From the sequence record DRR723986_1437: a stretch of DNA of 20,000 nucleotides. The stretch is one strand, 5' to 3'. The position numbers and the translations under genes are program-made. The notes below the pieces were generated by a model, which had not been told where the DNA came from, did not search any database, and saw only the letters and a program-made list of their open reading frames with translations. Below, piece by piece: positions 1-8,766 of the stretch (positions are counted from its first letter, which is position 1; the number at the start of each line of letters is the position of its first letter).

Positions 1-656
1 GAGGGCAATGAAAAAATATAAGACGGCGAACGCTGCAACATGGTGATGTGCTCAACCTTGTCAGCCATGCTGGGGATGAGCGTAACTGCAGTTGCACCGC
101 TGCCAATCACCACCACTTTCTTGCCGGTGTAGTCCAGGTTTTCTGGCCAATGCTGTGGATGAACAATCAAGCCTTTGAAGTTTTTCTCACCCGGAAAATC
201 AGGGCGGTAGCCTTGGTCGTAATTGTAGTAACCCGCACAGGCCATCATGAATTTGGCGCGATACTGTTCGGGTTCGCCAGTCGCTTCATTCACCGCATTG
301 ATCACCCAACGCTGAGCCTCGCTGTCCCAATTGGCATCGCTTACCTTTCGCTGAAAGCGAATATGGTCGAATACCTTGTTTTCGGTGGCTGCTTCATGCA
401 CATAGCTGCGAATGTCATTGCCCTGAGAAAAGAAATGTGCATTTTTCCAGGGCTTGAACTTGAAGCCGAAACTGAACATGTCGGAATCGGATCGGATACC
501 GGGGTAACGGAACAGATCCCAAGTGCCACCAATGGTGGTGCGGCGCTCGAGGATGGTGAACTTTCGGTTGGGGCATTCCTTTTTCAAATGGCATGCAGCA
601 CTAATGCCTGACAAACCTGCGCCAATGATCAAAATGTCTTCGTCGAATATCGCCAT
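1..656 (-). CDS. Flavin-containing (Baeyer-Villiger-type) monooxygenase, EthA/AlmA-like; 5' part, runs off the window edge
   Basis: Not in the ORF track (no stop within window). Manual translation from ATG 656: MAIFDEDILIIGAGLSGISAACHL...GGTWDLFRYPGIRSDSD...FKGLIVHPQHWP...VVVIGSGATA. It has two GxGxxG/A Rossmann motifs and the BVMO fingerprint FxGxxxHxxxWP; GGAG RBS upstream. Confidence 0.92.
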   Translation of the reverse strand, partial: MAIFDEDILIIGAGLSGISAACHLKKECPNRKFTILERRTTIGGTWDLFRYPGIRSDSDMFSFGFKFKPWKNAHFFSQGNDIRSYVHEAATENKVFDHIRFQRKVSDANWDSEAQRWVINAVNEATGEPEQYRAKFMMACAGYYNYDQGYRPDFPGEKNFKGLIVHPQHWPENLDYTGKKVVVIGSGATAVTLIPSMADKVEHITMLQRSPSYIFSLP

Positions 657-785
657 GGTGTCTCCGTGTGGTTTTTCTCTTTTTTTATTGTGCCGATTTT
701 TTCAGACCTGAAAACAGCGTTTGCGAATACCCTCCAGATTTGTCCGAATTTATCAAGTGCATTGAAAACTCAGGGTAAACTGGCC

Positions 786-800
786 AGCACTGGCAGTGCT
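786..800. promoter_or_regulatory. Perfect palindrome AGCACTG-G-CAGTGCT, putative operator overlapping an extended -10-like TGCTATAAA
   Basis: 7-1-7 dyad in the divergent monooxygenase/esterase intergenic region, 35 nt before the esterase ATG. Confidence 0.4.
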
Positions 801-835
801 ATAAATACCCCATCCCACTTTCCAAGAGGAACACC

Positions 836-1735
836 ATGCCGTCCATTCAAGCCAAAGTGATGAACAAAATTGCGAGCATCGCCCTGAAAAGCTACCGGGG
901 CAACGGTGCCGGTTTTGTGCGCAGGTTCCGCATGGTGACAGCCGCATCCAACCTTCTGGCGCCAGTTCCCAAAGGCTTGAAACACATCAAAGGCGCTTTG
1001 GGCGGCGTACCTGGCGAGTGGCTGATTCCCGTCAATCCCAAGGGTGCTCTGCTTTACATTCACGGCGGAGGATTTGTGGCGGGTCACCCACCGATGTACC
1101 GCCCTTTTTGCGGTGCGCTGGCCAATGCGCTTGGATTTCGAGTGTTCATGCCTGATTATCGCCTTGCGCCAGAAAACCCGTTTCCAGCGCCATTGGACGA
1201 CTGCATTGCTGCCTTTGAAGCGCTGGTGGCCGACACAACCACTGGCGAGCCTATTTTCGTGGCAGGCGATTCCGCTGGCGGCAATTTGGGATTGGCAGTG
1301 CTGCAACATGCATTGAAGAAAAAGTTGCCCGCGCACGGCGGTCTGCTGATTTCGCCAGCCACCGACATGCGCCGCCTGTCACCTTCGATTGAAGGCAATG
1401 ACAAAACCGACAGCATGTTGTCCTCCCACATGATTGAACATGCCGCCAACTTGTACATGTGCGGCCATGACCCCGCCGATGAACGCGCATCGCCATTGCT
1501 GGGCAAGCTGAAAGGCCTGCCACCACTGATGGTGACTGCCAGTGAAGACGAGTGCTTGCTGGACGATTCTGTGTTACTACGCGATGCGGTAGAAAAAGTG
1601 GGCGGGCAAATCACCTTACTCACCCGCCCCGGCATGCCGCATATTTGGCCCACGATGAACATCGCTTTGCCGGAGGCCAAAGAAGACCTCGTCAAAATCA
1701 TTCGCTTTTTCTCGCCGCTGGTGAAGGGCATCTAA
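836..1735 (+). CDS. Alpha/beta hydrolase, HSL-family (family IV) esterase
   Basis: HGGG oxyanion motif, DYRLAPE, GDSAG nucleophile, C-terminal His (GMPHIW); AGAGGA RBS. Confidence 0.93.
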   Translation: MPSIQAKVMNKIASIALKSYRGNGAGFVRRFRMVTAASNLLAPVPKGLKHIKGALGGVPGEWLIPVNPKGALLYIHGGGFVAGHPPMYRPFCGALANALGFRVFMPDYRLAPENPFPAPLDDCIAAFEALVADTTTGEPIFVAGDSAGGNLGLAVLQHALKKKLPAHGGLLISPATDMRRLSPSIEGNDKTDSMLSSHMIEHAANLYMCGHDPADERASPLLGKLKGLPPLMVTASEDECLLDDSVLLRDAVEKVGGQITLLTRPGMPHIWPTMNIALPEAKEDLVKIIRFFSPLVKGI

Positions 1736-1800
1736 AACAGCGCACTTGGCAGTACAAGGTGTTGGAGACACATTCAACACCAACAACAATGACTTTTTTC

Positions 1801-3012
1801 ATGTCCCGCACAGGCCTTGCAGCCTGTGCCCTGCTTTGTGCGCCACTGTTATCTGCCTGCCTGGGTGGCAATTCCGACACAGGCAGCGCCAGCACCGCAA
1901 GAACCAGTTCCAACGAAACACGCCCCAATGTGTTTGAGCCCGCCAACTTCACACCCCTGCCCGCAGCGGGCACTGCGAGTGCCGAACTTCAAGCCACGCG
2001 TGAACGCATTCTGGGCCCCAATGCCATGGACCCTGAACAAGTGAAGTTCTGGTGGGTGGGTGTGTCCAGCTTCATTGTGAGCATGAAGGGTCATTTGTTC
2101 TTGATGGACGCTTGGGAAATTGTGGGCGTGCATGCCAACTACGTACCGATTGGCCGCGAGGAACTTGCCGCCATTCAACCCGAGGCAATCTTCATTGGCC
2201 ACGGCCACTTTGACCACGCTGCGGATGCCGGCTATGTGGCCGGCTTGAGCAACGCCCTGCTGGTTGCAGGCAGCAATGTGTGCGACATAGCCCGGGAGCG
2301 CGCCGCCAGTGAGGGCATACCCAACAGCTTTCCGTGCCTGAACCTGGGCGACCAAACCAACCCGGGTGCTGGAAGCACACGCGCCATTCAAATTTGGGAA
2401 GATGTCGAGCCCGTGCATGTTGTACAGCATACTCACTCTGCCGCTGAACCCACCGACCTGCTCAGCGGTGGTATGCCGCTTGTGTACATTCCCGACGTGC
2501 TGACCTACCCCACTTACCTGAACACCAGCCTGGCCGAGGCACTTCGGTTTGTGGGCACGCTTCGCGACGACGGTGGTGTGGGCCAACCCGCGGGTGGCAC
2601 CTGGGCCTATCACTTCCGCGCAGGCGACTTTGCCTGGTTTTGGCACAACTCCACCGGAGTGATGAAAGCAGGCAATGCAGAAAGCGAAGCCGTGGCCAAC
2701 GCCTTGGTCAAATTGCCCGAATGCGTGGATGTGCAACTGAATGCAATTGTGGGTTTTGGTTTGGTGACCAGTGCCTACCGCGACGCCCTGGCCTATGTGG
2801 CCTTGACCAAACCCAAAGTGGCCTTGCCCAACCACCACGACGCCTGGACACCCGGTATTGGGGGTGGGGCCTCGGCTTATGAAAACAGTTGGCTGGAGGC
2901 TGTCAGCAAGCTGCCCAACCCACCCGAAGTAGATTACCTGCGCGACCCGGTGGACTATATGAAACCGCGCAGCTACAACATCAATGACCCACGCTGGGCG
3001 GGTGGCTGCTGA
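1801..3012 (+). CDS. Metallo-beta-lactamase-fold hydrolase, predicted lipoprotein
   Basis: Signal peptide with lipobox (MSRTGLAACALLCAPLLSA-C), HGHFDH (HxHxDH) metal motif, late PNHHD. Start is 1801 or 1789; the ORF-track start at 1552 overlaps the esterase. Confidence 0.8.
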   Translation: MSRTGLAACALLCAPLLSACLGGNSDTGSASTARTSSNETRPNVFEPANFTPLPAAGTASAELQATRERILGPNAMDPEQVKFWWVGVSSFIVSMKGHLFLMDAWEIVGVHANYVPIGREELAAIQPEAIFIGHGHFDHAADAGYVAGLSNALLVAGSNVCDIARERAASEGIPNSFPCLNLGDQTNPGAGSTRAIQIWEDVEPVHVVQHTHSAAEPTDLLSGGMPLVYIPDVLTYPTYLNTSLAEALRFVGTLRDDGGVGQPAGGTWAYHFRAGDFAWFWHNSTGVMKAGNAESEAVANALVKLPECVDVQLNAIVGFGLVTSAYRDALAYVALTKPKVALPNHHDAWTPGIGGGASAYENSWLEAVSKLPNPPEVDYLRDPVDYMKPRSYNINDPRWAGGC

Positions 3013-3021
3013 CCCACCACA

Positions 3022-3837
3022 TCACATGCCAGGCACGCCCCGGCGAATGACTTCCGAAAAGTTTTCGCCGGCCTGCATGGTTTTGGCACGGGGCACTATG
3101 TAGCCTTTTTCCTGAAGCTCGGAATAAGCGAAACCCTCAACCAAACCGCCCTGCGCATGCGCGTACTCCGCGAAGTACCCACTAAGCAGCAAGCGGTAAT
3201 CCAAGGGCAAATCAGGCACAATTCGTTTGGCGATATCAAATACCACGGTGGTGCAATTGCTGGTCAGCGTGTTGTAAAACTCGGGGGTTTTTTCCAGTTT
3301 GCTCGCCTGCTCCACATAAGCCAAAAACAAGGTTTTCAATTGTTCGGGCGGAATGGCCAAGCGAAACACGTACACATCTTCACCGCGTGCATTGCTGCGG
3401 GTTTTAATAATATCCGCCTCATCGGCTGCCACCAAAATGGCCTCGTACTGCCTGAAAAACCCCTTCCATGCAGAAAACTTTTCCCCTTGCTCTTTTCGGA
3501 TTTCGAGTGAAAAAGTAAGGTACTGGCCATCGGCAAAACCGAACGACACCAGGGTGTGAGCAATTGCGGGCCCCATCCAGTACGAGAGCACCAAGTCTGC
3601 AGTTTGCAACTGGCTTAAATCGTATTCACGTGTTTCCCAACGCGGGGTGTAATCGGTTTCTGTGCGCCACTCAAAGTTGCGCACATTTTTCAATACCACT
3701 TGATTACCCTTCACATCGGCATGCAGCATGTGGGCCACATCATCAGCCCATTGCCGGTTGTGACTGGGTTTTTGAAGAAACCACCATGTTGCAAATGCCC
3801 CCAAGGCGATCAGCAAAAACAACAGCAGCGTACGCAT
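3022..3837 (-). CDS. DUF4105 (Lnb-like) domain protein with N-terminal membrane anchor
   Basis: Characteristic NVRNFEW, SYWMGPAIAHTLVSFGF, YNTLTSNCTT, DYRLLLSGY segments; start overlaps the upstream stop (TGATG). Confidence 0.85.
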   Translation of the reverse strand: MRTLLLFLLIALGAFATWWFLQKPSHNRQWADDVAHMLHADVKGNQVVLKNVRNFEWRTETDYTPRWETREYDLSQLQTADLVLSYWMGPAIAHTLVSFGFADGQYLTFSLEIRKEQGEKFSAWKGFFRQYEAILVAADEADIIKTRSNARGEDVYVFRLAIPPEQLKTLFLAYVEQASKLEKTPEFYNTLTSNCTTVVFDIAKRIVPDLPLDYRLLLSGYFAEYAHAQGGLVEGFAYSELQEKGYIVPRAKTMQAGENFSEVIRRGVPGM

Positions 3838-4610
3838 CAGGCAAAGGCCTTTCGAGTGGCTTCGTCAGCGGGGAACAAATGTTCAATTCTTAACGATGCC
3901 GCAGTGATGTCCAAAGGCGCCCCGAAACTGGTGAAAGTTGACACAAAGCGAAGCTCACCCACCGTACTTTTAAACCGCGTTACCAAGGTGGGGTTGTTGA
4001 AGTTCTGTGGCTGTTTGGTATCGAACATCGATTGCGGAATTTGCTTCAACATGGCCTGTAAGGCGGGCACATGCAAAGCCTCACGCTGCGCCCTTTTCAG
4101 CACGTCACCCAGCACCTCAGCCGGGTTCTGCAAACGTGTGGCCAAGCCACCGGGTGCAGTCAGCGCCAGCAATACATTGGGTGTGGCTTGTAATGCGGCC
4201 AAGTCAAATTCCAGCAATTGCAACAAACGTACAAAGCTGGGGTTGAATTTCAGCAAATTCCATTCACTGTCCAACACCATGGCCGGGGCTGCGTGCTGTG
4301 CAGTCAACATCAAATCAATCACCTCATTGATGGTGTCCATTTCACGGTGATCAATCGGTCGACTACCAAACAAGGGCGCAAATCCCGCAGCCACCAGCGC
4401 TTCATTGCGCTCATTCAGCGGAGCATCCAAACCCTCCAGCAGTGCCAACAGCATGTCTTTGCTGGCGCTGGCTTTGCCTGTTTCAATGCAACTTAAATGG
4501 CGCTGGGAAACGCCAACGCGCAAGGCCAAATCAAGTTGGCTGACCTTTTGTCGAGTGCGTAATTCGCGCAGGCGAATTCCGGCGGTATGGGTGGGGGCTT
4601 GTGTATGCAT
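3837..4610 (-). CDS. XRE-family HTH transcriptional regulator with MmyB-like ligand-binding domain
   Basis: LRELRTRQKVSQLDLALRVGVSQRHLSCIETG helix-turn-helix; C-terminal TSFGAPLDIT...LRIEHLFPAD. Start trimmed to ATG 4610. Confidence 0.88.
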   Translation of the reverse strand: MHTQAPTHTAGIRLRELRTRQKVSQLDLALRVGVSQRHLSCIETGKASASKDMLLALLEGLDAPLNERNEALVAAGFAPLFGSRPIDHREMDTINEVIDLMLTAQHAAPAMVLDSEWNLLKFNPSFVRLLQLLEFDLAALQATPNVLLALTAPGGLATRLQNPAEVLGDVLKRAQREALHVPALQAMLKQIPQSMFDTKQPQNFNNPTLVTRFKSTVGELRFVSTFTSFGAPLDITAASLRIEHLFPADEATRKAFA

Positions 4611-4644
4611 GTGCTCATACTGCCACGGAAAATTTCTGAAATCT

Positions 4645-4661
4645 ATGACCTCGCAGGTTAT
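4645..4661. promoter_or_regulatory. Palindrome ATGACCT-CGC-AGGTTAT, probable operator of the XRE regulator
   Basis: 7-3-7 dyad with one mismatch between the divergent regulator and membrane-protein gene; extra half-site ATGACCC at 4669-4675. Confidence 0.6.
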
Positions 4662-4733
4662 TGCTGCAATGACCCTGACCTCATCAAACTGGTGTTGAAC
4701 TGATTCACTTTCAACCACGCGAGGAGACCTGCC

Positions 4734-5189
4734 ATGCAAACCAGCACCATGCACAACCGTGCAACAAGCACGCCCACCTTTTGGATCAACTGGCTCACCT
4801 ACACCGCCGAATTCACAGTGCTGTTTGGCCTGCTCATGGTGCTTGCACCAGGGCTGACTCAACAGGCTTTTGGATTGTTGATGTTCCAGAATGCCGAACA
4901 GTTTGCAGCTTTCGACCCACAAGCCACTGCTTATATTGAACTGGCCCATGCGGTGATGGGCTCAGTGCTGGTGGGTTGGGGTGCGCTGATCTTCATGCTG
5001 GTGCGCAAACTGAACATTGAGGACGCCAAACAGACCTGCAACATGATCACGATTTCCGTATTGCTTTGGTATGTACCCGACACCGCATTTTCGCTGTACA
5101 GCGGCTTCTGGCAAAACGCGGTTCTGAATTCCGGGTTTGCTGTGTTGTATGCGGTGCCCTTGCTGGCTTTGCGCAAGTATTACAGGTAA
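4734..5189 (+). CDS. Small integral membrane protein (about 4 TM), likely target of the XRE regulator
   Basis: GAGGAG RBS; hydrophobic segments; WYVPDTAFSLYSGFWQNAVLN segment. Confidence 0.8.
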   Translation: MQTSTMHNRATSTPTFWINWLTYTAEFTVLFGLLMVLAPGLTQQAFGLLMFQNAEQFAAFDPQATAYIELAHAVMGSVLVGWGALIFMLVRKLNIEDAKQTCNMITISVLLWYVPDTAFSLYSGFWQNAVLNSGFAVLYAVPLLALRKYYR

Positions 5190-5221
5190 GGCATTTTCAT
5201 CCACAAGCCATGAAATTCAAG

Positions 5222-5249
5222 GGAACCACCGCCACGGATTAATTACTCA
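5222..5249 (+). promoter_or_regulatory. ECF-sigma (hrp-box-like) promoter GGAACC-N15-TTACTCA
   Basis: Resembles the HrpL consensus GGAACC-N15/16-CCACNNA; a second copy with the same spacing is at 8767-8794 (-). Confidence 0.55.
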
Positions 5250-5277
5250 AGGAGCTACACCACTTACTTTTGATCGC

Positions 5278-6153
5278 ATGTCCTCAAGGCCTCTTATACA
5301 AGGTCGCGCACAAATCCTGATCGGCGACACCACCAGTCACGGTGGTGTGGTCATCTCGGGCAGCCCCACCACATCGGTTGAAGGCCGACCCATCGCCAGG
5401 GTCGGCGACATGGTCACCTGTCCTTTGTGCAAACCCCATGTATTCCCGATTGTCGAGGGACTCTGCACATTCACCGACAACTACATGGCGGTGGCCCTGC
5501 ACGGTCACAAAATTGCGTGTGGTGCCACCTTGATCGCATCAGCAGCAAACCACCCCCCAAACTCACCAGCACCCGATACCCCCTCCACGGCTTCTCCACT
5601 AAAAGGCAAACTCGGGCAAAGCATTGACACATTAATTGGCAAGTCGCCAACACTGGTTAATAACCTGAATACTCTGCAGAGTCAGGGCTGGAAGGTCGAC
5701 TACGGAGCGGCGGGAGGCGGGTCCTATGCCAACCGCAGAGAGAAAACGATTACCCTGGACGGCAATCTGAGAGGCGATGCCAATCAGGCTACGCAGGTTT
5801 TAGCCCATGAAGTGGGCCACGCCTTGCACCCTTATCAGTTAGACACCAGCTCAAGGCAGGCATACCTTAACGGCACCCTGGATGACGAGGGGGCTGCCAC
5901 CATGAAGAACATTCAGGTTCAACGAGAAATCATTCAAGCAGGTGGCCCCGACATCGGTATTGCCGGCAACCCGAAAAACCATGCAAGCTATATTCGGGCT
6001 TACAACCAGTACTTAAAAGATGGCAATGCTCAAAACGCCTATCGAAAAATTGGCTCACAACTCGGTGCCAATGAAATCACATCGACAACAGGTCAAAATT
6101 ATGCAGACTATTACGGTGGCTGGTATGACAAAAATTATGGTGGGAAAAAGTAA
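5278..6153 (+). CDS. PAAR-domain T6SS effector with C-terminal HEXXH (zincin-like) toxin domain
   Basis: N-terminal GDTTSHGG...PIARVGDMVTCPLC...HGHKIACGATLIAS (PAAR), Pro/Ser/Thr linker, then AHEVGH and downstream DEGAA. Confidence 0.88.
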   Translation: MSSRPLIQGRAQILIGDTTSHGGVVISGSPTTSVEGRPIARVGDMVTCPLCKPHVFPIVEGLCTFTDNYMAVALHGHKIACGATLIASAANHPPNSPAPDTPSTASPLKGKLGQSIDTLIGKSPTLVNNLNTLQSQGWKVDYGAAGGGSYANRREKTITLDGNLRGDANQATQVLAHEVGHALHPYQLDTSSRQAYLNGTLDDEGAATMKNIQVQREIIQAGGPDIGIAGNPKNHASYIRAYNQYLKDGNAQNAYRKIGSQLGANEITSTTGQNYADYYGGWYDKNYGGKK

Positions 6154-6679
6154 TGCGGGTCGAAAACTGCTCCTGTTGTTTGCCCTGCTCTACAGCGCCA
6201 GCCAACCGATTACACACGCGTCAAAGGACAACACAATGATCAATCTGAACCGTTCCATCTGGAATTTGATCGACGATATTCAAACCCAGTCTTCGCTCAC
6301 TTTGGCGCATGTCGAAAAAACACTGGTTCAAACACTTGCCCACGACACTCGACATTCCAATGAGTATTTCAAGTTTTACAAGGGTCAAAGTATTCAATTC
6401 GCAGGTGAGGTCAAGGTGAGCACAATTGATCTTCGACTGCCTCAGCAAGGCGCGCAAAGCCCAGGTATGTTACTGATGTACTTGGAAGGCGAATGCATCA
6501 CCATGCCTCAGCTAAATCAACAATACGAGAACCTGAAGATCACCGAAATTCCTCGTGGTAAATCTTTGGAGGAAGCAACCACCTACACCGCCAATAACTC
6601 CTGGGGAGAAATCGACTTCGGTTTTCAGATGAAGAAACCAGATTGCCTGGCCTATGTGATTCTAAAACCGGTGAAATAA
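6137..6679 (+). CDS. Putative cognate immunity protein, exported (signal peptide)
   Basis: Overlaps the effector stop; MVGKSNAGRKLLLLFALLYSASQPITHA is signal-like; two Cys (GECIT, PDCL). Alternative start at 6236. Confidence 0.7.
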   Translation: MVGKSNAGRKLLLLFALLYSASQPITHASKDNTMINLNRSIWNLIDDIQTQSSLTLAHVEKTLVQTLAHDTRHSNEYFKFYKGQSIQFAGEVKVSTIDLRLPQQGAQSPGMLLMYLEGECITMPQLNQQYENLKITEIPRGKSLEEATTYTANNSWGEIDFGFQMKKPDCLAYVILKPVK

Positions 6680-6750
6680 GTGCACTTTGGCGGGTAAAAG
6701 CATAAAATACGGCCTTGATCCGAAAAACAGATCCACAAGGTACACCCGCC

Positions 6751-8373
6751 ATGATCCGCTTGTCCGAGTTGAAGCTTCCACTCGACCATCCTGAAGACGC
6801 CCTGCCCGCATTAATTTGCAGCACCCTGAAAGTTTCAGCTGACCAGCTCAAAAGCTTCACTATTTACAAGCGCAGCTACGACGCCCGAAAACAAAAACTG
6901 CTGTTGGTGTACATCGTGGATGTGGAACTGGACAGCGCCCGGCTTGAAGCGCAGTTGTTGTCGAAATTCACCACCAACTCGCACATTCGGCCTGCGCCCG
7001 ACATGGTCTACCAGTTGCCAGTGAAATTGAACGAAGCTCCTGCCATTCGCCCGGTGGTAATTGGCTTTGGCCCCTGCGGTATTTTCGCTGCGATGATGCT
7101 GGCGCAAATGGGCTTCAAACCCATTGTGATTGAACGTGGCAAACAGGTACGCGAACGCACCAAAGACACCTGGAGCCTGTGGCGCAAACGTATATTGCAC
7201 ACCGAATCGAACGTGCAGTTTGGCGAAGGCGGCGCCGGTACATTTTCAGACGGCAAACTGTACAGCCAAATTAAAGACCCACGTTTTCTTGGTCGAAAAG
7301 TGATGACCGAGTTTGTCAAGGCTGGCGCACCCGAGGAAATTTTGCTGGTCAGCAAACCCCACATTGGCACCTTCCGCCTGGTGAAAGTGGTAGAAAACAT
7401 GCGCGAGCAGATCATCGCCATGGGCGGTGAAATTCGCTTCCAACAACGCGTCTGCGACTTTCAAATTGAAGACGGCCACATTCGCGGCCTGACCATTGAG
7501 AACCTGAAGGACGGTGGCATTTACGAACTGCGCGCAGACCATGTGGTGCTGGCGCTGGGCCACAGTTCCCGCGACACCTTTGCCAAGCTACACGAGCGCG
7601 GTGTCTACATGGAAGCAAAGCCGTTTTCGGTGGGCTTTCGCATCGAACACCCACAGGGGCTGATCGACCGGGCCCGCCTGGGGCAACACGCAGGCCACCC
7701 CCTGCTGGGCGCAGCCGACTACAAACTGGTGCACCATGCTGCCAATGGCCGATCGGTGTACAGCTTTTGCATGTGCCCCGGCGGCACCGTGGTGGCTGCC
7801 ACGTCAGAAGAAAACCGGGTGGTGACCAACGGCATGAGCCAGTATTCCCGCAACGAACGCAACGCCAACGCCGGCATCGTGGTGGGCATTAGCCCGGCCG
7901 ACTATCCCGGTGGCCCACTGGCAGGCATCGCCTTTCAACGCAAGCTTGAATCCAATGCCTTTGTGATGGGCGGCAGCAACTACGAGGCACCCGGACAATT
8001 GGTGGGCGACTTCATTGCGGGTAAAGCATCGACTGAACTGGGCAGCGTAGAACCATCGTACAAACCCGGCGTCAAAATGACTGACCTGGCCGACGCATTG
8101 CCCGAATACGCAATCACGGCCATGCGTGAAGCCTTGCCGGCATTCGGCAAAAAAATCAAAGGTTTCGACATGCACGACGCCGTGTTGACCGGCGTAGAAA
8201 CCCGTACTTCGTCGCCACTGCGAATTACGCGCGGCGACGACTTCCAAAGTTTGAATGTCAAAGGCCTTTACCCTGCCGGCGAAGGTGCCAGCTACGCTGG
8301 TGGTATTTTGTCAGCCGGTGTAGATGGCATTGAAGTGGCCGAAGCAGTGGCGAGAAATTTGGTGGGGGGTTAA
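6751..8373 (+). CDS. NAD(P)/FAD-dependent oxidoreductase (COG2509-like uncharacterised FAD-dependent dehydrogenase)
   Basis: GFGPCG, FGEGGAGTFSDGKL, SFCMCPGG, GVETRTSSP, GEGASYAGGILSA motifs; AAGGT RBS before ATG 6751. Confidence 0.9.
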   Translation: MIRLSELKLPLDHPEDALPALICSTLKVSADQLKSFTIYKRSYDARKQKLLLVYIVDVELDSARLEAQLLSKFTTNSHIRPAPDMVYQLPVKLNEAPAIRPVVIGFGPCGIFAAMMLAQMGFKPIVIERGKQVRERTKDTWSLWRKRILHTESNVQFGEGGAGTFSDGKLYSQIKDPRFLGRKVMTEFVKAGAPEEILLVSKPHIGTFRLVKVVENMREQIIAMGGEIRFQQRVCDFQIEDGHIRGLTIENLKDGGIYELRADHVVLALGHSSRDTFAKLHERGVYMEAKPFSVGFRIEHPQGLIDRARLGQHAGHPLLGAADYKLVHHAANGRSVYSFCMCPGGTVVAATSEENRVVTNGMSQYSRNERNANAGIVVGISPADYPGGPLAGIAFQRKLESNAFVMGGSNYEAPGQLVGDFIAGKASTELGSVEPSYKPGVKMTDLADALPEYAITAMREALPAFGKKIKGFDMHDAVLTGVETRTSSPLRITRGDDFQSLNVKGLYPAGEGASYAGGILSAGVDGIEVAEAVARNLVGG

Positions 8374-8393
8374 CTGCTTCAGCTTTGTTAGTC

Positions 8394-8738
8394 TTAATCG
8401 TGGCTTTGAGGCAGGTCTGGATGCCTCGGTACGCACGGTTCCTTAGCAATGCTGATACCGATGCAACAGGCTACACAGCAGGCAGCACTCACAGAGGCAG
8501 TAAGAGTCGAGGCCAAAGAAGCTCCTAATTTGGCACTGACAATCGGAGAGGCTATCAATATGCCCAAGGTTCCGGCAGTACCAGTGATTTTCCCCATTAG
8601 CGCAGAGTTTCTTCTGCATGGCGACGCCTCAAACTCTCGACGCTCGATATGGTACTCAGCCATGTTACGCGCATGAATTAGATCAGAGTCGCTCATGGTT
8701 TGGACAGCAGGGGGACTGATTGCAAATGATGAATTCAT
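8394..8738 (-). CDS. Small (114 aa) hypothetical protein with Ser/Pro-rich N-terminus and two-lobed hydrophobic, Cys-rich C-half
   Basis: GAGGT RBS just upstream of ATG 8738; promoter motif upstream; no family recognised. Confidence 0.65.
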   Translation of the reverse strand: MNSSFAISPPAVQTMSDSDLIHARNMAEYHIERREFEASPCRRNSALMGKITGTAGTLGILIASPIVSAKLGASLASTLTASVSAACCVACCIGISIAKEPCVPRHPDLPQSHD

Positions 8739-8766
8739 ATAAACCTCTGTTGTGAGTAGGGACTGC

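Noticed and set aside
48-611. 187-aa plus-strand ORF
   Set aside because: Antisense shadow of the monooxygenase on the minus strand.
1849-2838. 329-aa minus-strand ORF, and similar long antisense ORFs over nrdA, nrdB, ffh and the oxidoreductase
   Set aside because: Antisense to well-supported genes, with no motifs; expected codon-bias shadows.
4611-4949. N-terminal extension of the XRE ORF to 370 aa
   Set aside because: Overlaps the divergent membrane gene and operator; the HTH begins right after ATG 4610.
5137-5277. Upstream extension of the PAAR ORF
   Set aside because: Overlaps the previous gene and the promoter motif; PAAR homology starts after ATG 5278.
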